NCBI GenBank assembly: GCA_039809905.1 | Contig: JBDHVY010000001.1 | Location: 660,001 to 692,000 of the forward strand | Direction of reading: 5' to 3' | Length of the DNA stretch: 32,000 bases | Source of the DNA: Candidatus Babelota bacterium | Lineage (GTDB): Bacteria > Babelota > Babeliae > Babelales > Vermiphilaceae | Part shown: one piece after another, positions 17,338 through 26,027 of the stretch | How the letters are laid out: the number at the start of each line of letters is the position of its first letter | Position numbering within the stretch: position 1 is the first letter of the stretch | Notes under the pieces: model-generated | What the model saw: only the letters and a program-made list of their open reading frames with translations | Databases searched by the model: none | Told to the model about the DNA's origin: nothing | Made by a program: the position numbers and the translations under genes

Positions 17338-18585
17338 ATGATAGAGTTTGAACAAGAAGCGTTACAGCGTCAAAGATCAATGGTATCAATCAAGGTCATT
17401 GGCGTTGGCGGTGCTGGTGGAAATGCAGTAAATAGCATTATAGAATCGGGATGTCAGGGAATTGGTTTTGTTGTTGCAAATACTGATGCACAAGCATTGG
17501 AATTTTCAAAAGCGCAACATAAAATTCAAATTGGTGTTAAGTCTACTAAAGGGTTAGGGGCGGGGGCAAATCCGGATATGGGAAAACGTGCAGCAGAAGA
17601 AGATCTGGATAAGGTAATGGATGCTGTTAGTGGAGCAGACATTGTCTTTATCGTTGGTGGCATGGGAGGAGGAACGGGTTCAGGAGGATTACCAGTTGTT
17701 GCGCGTGCATTGCGTGATAAAGGTGTGTTGGTAATTGCGATTGTAACTCGTCCATTTTTGTTTGAAGGTAAACGCCGTGCAGCTGTTGCAGATGATGCAA
17801 TTCAAAAACTCAAACAAGATGTTGACACATTGATTGTTATACCTAATCAAAAATTGCTTGAAGTAGTGGATCAGCATGTTTCTATGATTGATGCATTTGC
17901 AATGATTAATGAAGGTATTTTAAGTCAATCAGTGCGTGGATTATCTGATATCATTACTCGTCCAGGACACATCAATGTTGATTATGCTGATATCAGAACA
18001 ATTATGAAAGATCGTGGTCTTGCAGTAATGGGTACAGGTAAGGCATCAGGAAAAGGAAGAGCACGACAAGCAGCTCTAGAAGCAATATCATCACCATTAT
18101 TGGAAAATATGAGTGTTGAAGGTGCGCATGGTGTGTTATGCAATATTACTGGTGGTAAAGGTCTTGGATTACATGAAATCAGCGAAGCTGCGTCAGTGGT
18201 TTATGAACAAGCTCATGAAGATGCAAATATTATTATTGGTTCGGTAATTGATGAGAATTTACATGATGAAGTTATTGTTACTATCATAGCAACAGATTTT
18301 GAACGTCCTGTAGTTGTGCAGCAGACAAAAGAAGAAGTTGTGATTGCTGAACAAGTGATAGTGCAACACCATGAAGAAATCATTTTTGAAGCAATGCCGA
18401 TTGAAAAGCATGAACCCGTTATTGAACCGCTGCCATTAATGATGGAAACGCAAGAAGATGAATTCATGTTTGAGCCGGAAGAAACGAATAAGCATGATGA
18501 TGTTGTGGAAAAAAATACAACATTTAGTTGCGCAGTAGATTCCAAAGATCTTGATGTGCCGACATTTATGCGGCAGCAGAAGTAA
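17338..18585 (+). CDS. ftsZ: Cell division protein FtsZ
   Basis: 415 aa; IGVGGAGGNAVNSI, TDAQAL, GGMGGGTGSGGLPVVA, VTRPFLFEG, NVDYADIRTIM; conserved C-terminal peptide LDVPTFMRQQ. Confidence 0.97.
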   Translation: MIEFEQEALQRQRSMVSIKVIGVGGAGGNAVNSIIESGCQGIGFVVANTDAQALEFSKAQHKIQIGVKSTKGLGAGANPDMGKRAAEEDLDKVMDAVSGADIVFIVGGMGGGTGSGGLPVVARALRDKGVLVIAIVTRPFLFEGKRRAAVADDAIQKLKQDVDTLIVIPNQKLLEVVDQHVSMIDAFAMINEGILSQSVRGLSDIITRPGHINVDYADIRTIMKDRGLAVMGTGKASGKGRARQAALEAISSPLLENMSVEGAHGVLCNITGGKGLGLHEISEAASVVYEQAHEDANIIIGSVIDENLHDEVIVTIIATDFERPVVVQQTKEEVVIAEQVIVQHHEEIIFEAMPIEKHEPVIEPLPLMMETQEDEFMFEPEETNKHDDVVEKNTTFSCAVDSKDLDVPTFMRQQK

Positions 18586-18591
18586 GTTTAA

Positions 18592-18622
18592 GGAGGAGTT
18601 ATATCAAACTCCTCCGCATTTT
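18592..18622 (+). terminator. Rho-independent terminator downstream of ftsZ
   Basis: ggaggagtt (18592-18600) / aactcctcc (18607-18615), 6-nt loop, followed by gcattttt. Confidence 0.75.
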
Positions 18623-18636
18623 TATGTACGGGTAAA

Positions 18637-19989
18637 CTAATTTTTAGAGAGATTTTCATATTGATTTAAATAATTATCGGTGACATATCTTTTTTCAAAT
18701 TTTTTAAAAATTATTTCTGGTTCTAGAGTAGATAGCAATGTTCTTTGATCGCGAGTTAACTCCTCTGAAATTTTTTCAGTAAAATTCCATTTTTCTATTT
18801 TTGTTGGATTGTATATTTTTTCACATAGATGAATCAAGTCGCGCATTTGTTTAATTTTTAGTAATTTATTTTGTGCTTCAACAACTGTTGTTAGCCGCTC
18901 TTCAAGAGTTTTTTTGGGTTTTTCTGCGGCATACTTAGTAGCTTTTTCTATTATTTCTTGAATGTCAGTCAAAGTCATATTGTTTGTGTTGTCTAGAAAA
19001 TATTTTCGCAATTTTTTTTGTTCTTTGGGTAATATTGGATCTATAATTTTTTCTTTTTCTGGTAATTGTGGTAGTTGTTTTCGATATTTTATCTGTTTGA
19101 TATCCCATAGAGCTCTAGCAAAACAATCACAATCTATATTTTCTAATTCTGAGTTCTTGTTCATTGCAATTTGACTTGCATTTGAAATAAAGCTTTCTAT
19201 ATCTGCGGAATTTAATCCTTCTGTTACTTCTACTAACATTTTAAGAAAAGAATCAGGTATTTCTTTTTTAGGAAATATCTTTACAAAATTATCAGAAGGG
19301 ATTTTATTAAAAGATATTCTTAGTAAGTTTTCACGTTGAGATTCATTAAGAGCAGATTGTCCTGATTTCTCTTTTAGTTCTTCGAGCATTGGTTTAATAA
19401 CCGTTATCAAAGAAATATTTTGAGTTGATAAAAGTAATTCATGATATATTATTCGTAAAAATTCATGCTTGAAAGCTGGTATAGAGCTGTCAGTGAAATC
19501 ATTAGGCTTCTTTTTTTTTAATTTTTCAATTATTTGATTAATGTAATAGTCGATTTTTGTTCTTGTATCTGCTTGAGCTATTTTTGATCCTAATACTGTT
19601 TTATATATATTAAAAGTTTCTTCAGGTAATCCAGTTACTATTGTCTTTAATAAATTTATTGATGATTTAATAGATGCACTCGATTTATAAGGAATTGGTG
19701 TGAGGTATCGATCATACAATTCCTGTGCAGCTTTGCTAAATTGTTTATCCAGAGATGCGTTTTTCTTGTATCGCTTATAATTATATAGCCACGAAAAGTC
19801 TTCAAAAAGATCAGAAATATTTGTCACATTTTGTTTGTAATTATAATAGCTTTTCATCAATGTAGAAAGAGTAGTACGTATACCAGTAATTGTATCCCAT
19901 AGTGCATACAGTTGTTCTGCAGCACATATTTGTGTAGGCGATGCGTATATACTTATACTAAGCAAAGCAATCAAAAGATTATTCTTCAT
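18637..19989 (-). CDS. Exported protein of unknown function, predicted alpha-helical/coiled
   Basis: The track ORF extends to 20142, but the better start is at 19989 (MKNNLLIALLSISIYASPTQICA, a classic signal peptide preceded by SD-like aaagga). 450 aa, charged and helical. Confidence 0.75.
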   Translation of the reverse strand: MKNNLLIALLSISIYASPTQICAAEQLYALWDTITGIRTTLSTLMKSYYNYKQNVTNISDLFEDFSWLYNYKRYKKNASLDKQFSKAAQELYDRYLTPIPYKSSASIKSSINLLKTIVTGLPEETFNIYKTVLGSKIAQADTRTKIDYYINQIIEKLKKKKPNDFTDSSIPAFKHEFLRIIYHELLLSTQNISLITVIKPMLEELKEKSGQSALNESQRENLLRISFNKIPSDNFVKIFPKKEIPDSFLKMLVEVTEGLNSADIESFISNASQIAMNKNSELENIDCDCFARALWDIKQIKYRKQLPQLPEKEKIIDPILPKEQKKLRKYFLDNTNNMTLTDIQEIIEKATKYAAEKPKKTLEERLTTVVEAQNKLLKIKQMRDLIHLCEKIYNPTKIEKWNFTEKISEELTRDQRTLLSTLEPEIIFKKFEKRYVTDNYLNQYENLSKN

Positions 19990-20170
19990 TTCCTTTACCT
20001 TGTTTTTTTGATATTCAATCTGAATATAACAATGAGGGTAAAGAAAAAACAAGAAAAGACCAAACTCTTTTTTATCAGAAACGTGGTCTAGGTTCTGTTG
20101 AATTTTTGAAACAGTATCAAAGTTGTAGCACGAATATTTCAAGTAACTCCACGTGCTTATTCTGGCTTGT

Positions 20171-20542
20171 TTAATTTTTTGATACCATTTCTTGTTCTAC
20201 TTGTTGCTCTATTTTTGCCATCATAATGCAAGCAGGTGCAGCTAATAAAGTTCCCGTGAGCATGTATCGTAAACCTATTTTTTTAGAAGGTATTACATGG
20301 TAGGGAGGTTTTTGCAGGAAGTTAGGCATTCTATTTGAATAATGCATAGCTCCCCAGACGCTTATGAGTGGGTTAAGTAAGAGTGCAAATCCCGCCATTT
20401 GCCTAAGCTCCGCTTGCGCAAATGACTGTTTAGCATATATTTTTTTTCTTATTAAATCTTTTTGATTGTTCTCACTAGCAGCTAAAAGCATGGATAATAT
20501 TGCTAATATAAGCATAAGAATTAAGTTTTTTAAAGGAGCCAC
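20171..20542 (-). CDS. Small membrane protein of unknown function
   Basis: 123 aa; hydrophobic N-terminus LILMLILAILSMLLAA and a second hydrophobic segment YMLTGTLLAAPACIMMA. Confidence 0.6.
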   Translation of the reverse strand: MAPLKNLILMLILAILSMLLAASENNQKDLIRKKIYAKQSFAQAELRQMAGFALLLNPLISVWGAMHYSNRMPNFLQKPPYHVIPSKKIGLRYMLTGTLLAAPACIMMAKIEQQVEQEMVSKN

Positions 20543-20684
20543 AATCTTTGTTCCTTTTATTCCTTTTTCTATTTTTTAGCTAAATCATATGTATGGAAAT
20601 ATTTTTTTACAAGATTTTTAATGATTGCTATCCAGTAACTTGAAACAATGATATTTTTTTAAAATTATATGATTCGGAGAGTGT

Positions 20685-22427
20685 GTGAGAAATTTTATTA
20701 TTCGTAGTTTGGTAATTATTGTAAACATGAGTGGGTTGTGTCTAGCCAATGAATTTGGTTCTACCGTAACACCAAATTCGATTATTTATATACAAGGCTT
20801 ATATAATGAACAATCTTTTTTTCAACAACCTAGTTCTTCTTGCCAAGCATATAAACATCGCAACAACATTTATTTTGGCGAAAACTTACATAATTATACG
20901 ATTACGCAACTTCAGCATTATTTCAGAACGCATAATTATTCTGAGCAACAAATACTTGATCAAGGATTATTATATCTTTCTGACGAGTTTGTAAAACTTG
21001 CAAAAACCTATGCTGCATATGAGCAAACCATAGAAAAATTGTACAATAAGTTCAAAAAATTTGGGTTCATCAAGAAGATTTTATATAGGTTTACAGGTTC
21101 TTATTCTTCTGGACTTAAACGACGCATAAGACAATTGCATGAAGAAATTCGCCTCAAAAAAGAATGCGAAAAAAAACAAGCAATCGAAACAATGCAGCAA
21201 TATAGTATATATTCTCACTATCTGCTATCCGATGTGAGCGATAGAGAATATCAAGAGTTAAAACCAGTGTATGATCAATTTTCACCATTACTTGCGCAGG
21301 CAATTGAAAAACGAATAGATGCTCAGACCAAAATTAAAAAGGGATCAGTTCAAGTTTCAACTAAAACATATCGATGTAGTGATTATATGTTGCAATTGCT
21401 TAGCGATAACAAAATTGGCCTTGATGAATTTACAAATTTCTACGGTAACCAATTGCAGCATGCTCTTCATTATGAATCAATCGGGATTCTGGAATATGTA
21501 GCGTCTTTGCCGATGTATTCAGTGTTATATGTTCATCAGAATGCAATTGTTAATTGTACTACAGCACTATCTGCCTACAACAAAGAAGGTTTAGTTGATA
21601 AAGCAAGTGTGGTAGCAGATTTTTGTTGGACTTTGCTTGATTATGGTCAGGCAATAGCAGAAGGTGCAGCATCAGGTTTATATACAACAGCGCAAGACCT
21701 TATAGCTAATCCTATTGAAGCAACTGTGTGCATTGTTGCAGGCAAACAGGTTCTTGCGTATCAGTTGTGCAAAGTATTTTATAACGTGACTGATATTGGA
21801 ATAACTGCATTAAATAATTATGATCGCGCAAAAGAAAAATGGGATTATTATATAGAGCCTATCAATAATCTGATTTCTGCTATCGAAAAAAAAGAAATAA
21901 CAATACGTGATGCCTTAAAAACAGGAACAGCTTTTGTTGTTGGCTATAAGGCACAAAGCAAATTATTGGGCGGGCTAGGTCAGTTTTTTGGGACGATTAA
22001 GCAAAGTGCTATTCGGTTTGCACAAACCAATATTTCTTCTTTTACAATACAGCAATATTTATCAACGCCAGAAGGATATTTATTAAGAAGCACTGCTAAA
22101 TTGTGTCGTTCGTCTAATTCTCCTAATCAATATGAGTATCTAAAACAATGGCTAAAAATAAAGGAATTTACTTCAGTTATAAAAACGAGCAAACACGGGA
22201 TAGAAAGATTAATCGAACGAGATTTCACGCCAGAAGAAGTTCTTGCAGTGATGAAGACTCCAACTTTTGTTAAAGTTCAGAAAGATGGGGCATTTGCTTA
22301 TATAAAACAAATAGGAGAAAAATTTAATGTGATTGTTTTTAATAAACAAAATGAAGAAGTTGTAACTGTTTTAAAACATACAACGCAAAAAAAACTTGAG
22401 CAGATGGGAAAAAATTATGGATGGTAA
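20685..22427 (+). CDS. Exported protein with candidate C-terminal BECR/DUF4258-like ribonuclease toxin domain
   Basis: GTG start with ggaga SD; signal peptide (IIRSLVIIVNMSGLCLA); mid-region ASGLYTTAQDLIANPIEATVCIVAGKQ; last ~79 aa SKHGIERLIERDFTPEEVLAVMKTPTFVKVQKDGAFAYIKQIGEKFNVIVFNKQNEEVVTVLKHTTQKK. Confidence 0.6.
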   Translation: MRNFIIRSLVIIVNMSGLCLANEFGSTVTPNSIIYIQGLYNEQSFFQQPSSSCQAYKHRNNIYFGENLHNYTITQLQHYFRTHNYSEQQILDQGLLYLSDEFVKLAKTYAAYEQTIEKLYNKFKKFGFIKKILYRFTGSYSSGLKRRIRQLHEEIRLKKECEKKQAIETMQQYSIYSHYLLSDVSDREYQELKPVYDQFSPLLAQAIEKRIDAQTKIKKGSVQVSTKTYRCSDYMLQLLSDNKIGLDEFTNFYGNQLQHALHYESIGILEYVASLPMYSVLYVHQNAIVNCTTALSAYNKEGLVDKASVVADFCWTLLDYGQAIAEGAASGLYTTAQDLIANPIEATVCIVAGKQVLAYQLCKVFYNVTDIGITALNNYDRAKEKWDYYIEPINNLISAIEKKEITIRDALKTGTAFVVGYKAQSKLLGGLGQFFGTIKQSAIRFAQTNISSFTIQQYLSTPEGYLLRSTAKLCRSSNSPNQYEYLKQWLKIKEFTSVIKTSKHGIERLIERDFTPEEVLAVMKTPTFVKVQKDGAFAYIKQIGEKFNVIVFNKQNEEVVTVLKHTTQKKLEQMGKNYGW

Positions 22428-22644
22428 AGAAAAAAAAGATAGATATGTATGTTGTTTTTGTGATGTTGTAATAGTATCTTGTAATGGCAATCCTATGGAA
22501 ATAGACATGTTAATAAATTTTGACAAACCAAAACAAAAACAAGAAAGGCAAGCCTTTTATTGTCATATGGAATGTTTTAAAGAACAGCTAAATGATGATT
22601 TTAAGATACATTTTCATTTAGATTCTTTTATTTCTTTAGAATAG
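22417..22644 (+). CDS. Small Cys-rich (CxxC...CHxxCF) protein, candidate immunity/antitoxin, copy 1
   Basis: YVCCFCDVVIV...AFYCHMECFKEQL; ATG at 22417 overlaps the upstream stop by 11 nt. The track starts at a TTG at 22396. Confidence 0.65.
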   Translation: MDGKEKKDRYVCCFCDVVIVSCNGNPMEIDMLINFDKPKQKQERQAFYCHMECFKEQLNDDFKIHFHLDSFISLE

Positions 22645-22677
22645 GTGTTTATCCATATAAAAAAATAGGTATCAGAA

Positions 22678-22953
22678 GTGAAATTAAAAAAAATCATAAA
22701 AAGAATATGGTCTATGATACAAGAAACGATCAACAATGAGTCTTTAGGATTTTCTTGTTGTTTTTGTTCCCAATCAATAATGGCTTTAGATAAGTATCCA
22801 GCAGATCTTCATATTACTGTTAATATTGATAAATCGGAAGATCAACAGCATGATCAATTTTTCTTTTGTCATACAGATTGTTTTAAGAATAAGTTGCATA
22901 ACAATATAAAATCTTACTTTACACTAGAGCAAATTGAGGACAAATATGACTAA
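22678..22953 (+). CDS. Small Cys-rich (CxxC...CHxxCF) protein, candidate immunity/antitoxin, copy 2
   Basis: FSCCFCSQSIM...QFFFCHTDCFKNKLHNNIK; clear paralog of the ORF at 22417. Confidence 0.65.
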   Translation: MKLKKIIKRIWSMIQETINNESLGFSCCFCSQSIMALDKYPADLHITVNIDKSEDQQHDQFFFCHTDCFKNKLHNNIKSYFTLEQIEDKYD

Positions 22954-22973
22954 TGATCCTTTTATCAACAAGA

Positions 22974-24368
22974 CTATTTTTTTAAGGCTATTACTTTAAG
23001 TGAACATAATTCACGCAGCCCAGCTTTACCATGTTCTCGTCCAAGTCCTGATTTTTTATATCCACCAAACGGATCTTGCGGAATTACATAATTTGCATGA
23101 TTTATACTAATGTTGCCTGCTTGAAGATGTCTGCTTACTTGTACTGCACGTTCTTTATCTTGCGTATAGACAAAAGCACTTAATCCATATATAGAATCAT
23201 TTGCTAATGCGATTGCTTCTTCTTGGCTAGAAAATGGAATTATAGGAAGCACTGGCCCAAATACCTCTTCTTTCCATACGTTCATATCAAACGTTATATT
23301 GGTGAGAATAGTTGGTTCAAAGTAAGCACCTTGCAGATTCTGTGGTCGTTTTCCACCGATAATAATATGAGCGCCTTTTTGTACTGCATCAAGAACTTGG
23401 TTTTCAAGACTTATTACTTGACGTTCTGCAACAAGTGGACCGATATCTGTTGCTGGATCTTGTGCAGGGCCAACTTTTTTAGTGAGTACTTTGTTTTTTA
23501 ATTCTTGAACTACCTCATTGAAAATAGTTTGATGTACCAAGAGGCGCTTAAGACCATCACATGTTTGTCCGCTATTAATAAAACGATTAAAATAAATTGA
23601 TTCAATTGCCATTGAAATATGAGCATCTTCAAAAACAATTCCTGCTGATGAACCACCAAGTTCTAAAATTGTGGGAATTAATTTTTGTGCAGCGACTGTG
23701 TATAAATGATTTCCTACTCGAGTGCTACCCGTAAACCAAATAAGATCGATATTGCTTTGCATTAAATATTCACCAATATCATTACCATTGCCGTATACTG
23801 CATTAAAAACTCCTGTTGGTAAGTTTACGGAATGCATGATTTCTTCTAAAAGTTTTCCCGTAAAAGGACATGCTTCTGAATGTTTTAATACAATAGTATT
23901 TCCAACAACCAAATTTTGAATTACTGCCCAAATAAAAAGAGAAAAGGGATAATTCCAAGGGACACTTATTCCTGCTACTCCTTTAGGTTCATAATAAAGA
24001 TAATGAATTTCAGTATCAGATTCATATGTAATTTCAGGCGCTAGCCATTCCTGTGCATAATCTAAATATCCCCGCATATAGAGCAATCCAGGATCAATAT
24101 CTATCTGATTACATACTGATAAAGGCATGCCCACTTCTTGTGCTATGATGGAGCGTAGATCATTTTTTTTCGCTATAAATGCGTGATAAAGCTTTTCAAG
24201 ATATACAATTCTTTCATTAATAGAAAGCTCTGCCCAAGCTATTTGTGCCTTGCGAGCATTGATAACTTGTGCATCGATTTCGCTATAAGTTGAAGAATCA
24301 ATTTCTCCAATGACTTGATAATTATTGCTAGGGTTGAGTGAAACAATTTTTTGCGCTTTCATTGTCAT
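22974..24368 (-). CDS. NAD(P)-dependent aldehyde dehydrogenase (succinate-semialdehyde dehydrogenase-like)
   Basis: 464 aa; GVAGISVPWNYPFSLFIW-type block, IWFTGSTRVGNHL, LELGGSSAGIVFED, SGQTCDGLKRLLVH (catalytic Cys), EEVFGPVLPIIPF, PFGGYKKSGLGREHGKAGL. Confidence 0.93.
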   Translation of the reverse strand: MTMKAQKIVSLNPSNNYQVIGEIDSSTYSEIDAQVINARKAQIAWAELSINERIVYLEKLYHAFIAKKNDLRSIIAQEVGMPLSVCNQIDIDPGLLYMRGYLDYAQEWLAPEITYESDTEIHYLYYEPKGVAGISVPWNYPFSLFIWAVIQNLVVGNTIVLKHSEACPFTGKLLEEIMHSVNLPTGVFNAVYGNGNDIGEYLMQSNIDLIWFTGSTRVGNHLYTVAAQKLIPTILELGGSSAGIVFEDAHISMAIESIYFNRFINSGQTCDGLKRLLVHQTIFNEVVQELKNKVLTKKVGPAQDPATDIGPLVAERQVISLENQVLDAVQKGAHIIIGGKRPQNLQGAYFEPTILTNITFDMNVWKEEVFGPVLPIIPFSSQEEAIALANDSIYGLSAFVYTQDKERAVQVSRHLQAGNISINHANYVIPQDPFGGYKKSGLGREHGKAGLRELCSLKVIALKK

Positions 24369-24597
24369 ACCTTTCTTTGTATGTGGTCATTATAAAGAAA
24401 TATGATAGGCAAAAACAAATTTTTGACACTCTTATGATCGATTTTGCATAATGTTTAGCGATTTCGTATCATATATTTTTCTACCAAAAGCATATTGCAA
24501 CTCAATGCAAAAAAGTATAAAGACATTGCAAGTAGAGTGCCATTATGCAGTGATCCCATTCCACAAATCTAATAATGGATGTATAGCTTGTTTTGTT

Positions 24598-24723
24598 TTA
24601 TGAATGTTCCTGTTGAGAATTATTTTTTCGTAAATTTTTTTTTATATGAGGTTTTTGTTCTGCGCAATAAAGATTGAGACATAGAGATGTTGCAATACAA
24701 GACAGCTTCATAATCAGTTTCAT
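24598..24723 (-). pseudogene. Short exported-peptide ORF, possibly a decayed gene remnant
   Basis: Not a separate entry in the provided track (a different frame was listed). Minus-strand translation MKLIMKLSCIATSLCLNLYCAEQKPHIKKNLRKNNSQQEHS* has a signal-peptide-like start; an adjacent frame continues ...KTKQAIHPLLDLWNGITA*. Confidence 0.3.
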
Positions 24724-24785
24724 AGTTTTCTTTTGTTATTTTTAGTACAATAGGACAATCAAAATAATGATACAGAAGGAAGAAT

Positions 24786-25883
24786 ATGCAATTCAACATC
24801 AGGTTTTTTATTGTCACTTATATTTTTTATTTCATATGCAACATTAATGGTATGCAAAATGATATAAAGTTTAAATTAGATGGGATTCAAGAAATAACAT
24901 CTTTTGAAAATCCTTATTGCATACATCATGTTACTGATCATATCGTTGCTTTGAATAGTGTCCATGAATTTTGTGTGATAAATCTGAAAACGAAGGAAAA
25001 GCAATATATACCTTACGAAAATGAAAATATTCGAATGCGAATAGTTGGTAATGCTATCATACAAAGCGATAATAAGAAAGTAGTTCTTGCTAATGGTCAC
25101 GAGCTGATGGTTTATGATCGAAAAACAGACAATTATCAATGGTTTGATTGTGCAAAAATAAATTCTTTAAAGATGGATCCATCTCAAGATGCTTTTTATT
25201 GTAATACGAATGGTTCTACAATAAAGTTTAATTATACTGACAATAAATTTTCTGAGGTATCGAGTTCTTTTTTCCGTATTTTAGGTATTGATAATAAAAA
25301 ACAAAGAATGTATGTGCAGGATTATGATGGAGATGTTTCTTTATATTCATTACATAATTTAAAAGAAAAATATGCAACGATAATGGTCCCCAAAGATGGC
25401 GCTAAATTTTTCATGTATCAATTAAGTCCTGATAAATCTTATTTAGCATGTGGCCACAAAGATTTTATTTATAAAGTAAAACAAGATAAGCAAGACGATG
25501 AATATTTTATTCAGTCGCCCAATAATGAATGTTTTAGGCATATGGCATTTCTACCTAAAGGAAACATTCTAGTAACAATAAGCGGATCATCTGAGGAGAA
25601 ATCAATTATACGATATTGGGATTTTTTTCAAGAATTAGCAAACCCTATTTATACGTTTGAGCTTAAAGAAAGCGGAACGCGTGATATTTCTGTTGCTCCA
25701 AGTGGTCTGGAAATTATGATTGCATTTCGTGATAAATCTATAAGATCGCTAGTTCCTTTTGAGATAAAAAAACACTATGCATATCTTTTTTTTGTATTCA
25801 ATGAATTAAAAAAACAGCAGAAGATATCTCAGGATATTCTCACCTATACTATAGTTACATTATTAAAATATTTTCATTTTTAA
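24786..25883 (+). CDS. Exported beta-propeller (WD40/YVTN-like) protein
   Basis: 365 aa; signal (FFIVTYIFYFICNINGMQ); repeated blades such as NGHELMVYDRKTDNYQWFD, GDVSLYSLHNLKEKYATI, SPDKSYLACGHKDFIYKV, LPKGNILVTISGSSEEKSIIRYWD, SPSGLEIMIAFRDKSIR. Confidence 0.7.
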   Translation: MQFNIRFFIVTYIFYFICNINGMQNDIKFKLDGIQEITSFENPYCIHHVTDHIVALNSVHEFCVINLKTKEKQYIPYENENIRMRIVGNAIIQSDNKKVVLANGHELMVYDRKTDNYQWFDCAKINSLKMDPSQDAFYCNTNGSTIKFNYTDNKFSEVSSSFFRILGIDNKKQRMYVQDYDGDVSLYSLHNLKEKYATIMVPKDGAKFFMYQLSPDKSYLACGHKDFIYKVKQDKQDDEYFIQSPNNECFRHMAFLPKGNILVTISGSSEEKSIIRYWDFFQELANPIYTFELKESGTRDISVAPSGLEIMIAFRDKSIRSLVPFEIKKHYAYLFFVFNELKKQQKISQDILTYTIVTLLKYFHF

Positions 25884-26027
25884 TGTATAGCTCTGTAAAG
25901 GAAACTTAAAGCAAGATATTTCTATTTGTCTTTTCAAAAAAAAGGAGGCTTTTACAGTGTTTTTGATCTATGGTATTATTGTCATTAAGTGATAAATAGG
26001 TACCTCTCTACATTACTAAGGGAAACT

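Noticed and set aside
18213-18545. Minus-strand Ser/Thr-rich 110-aa ORF
   Set aside because: Antisense to the repetitive Glu-rich C-terminal linker of ftsZ, which explains the Ser/Thr-rich composition.
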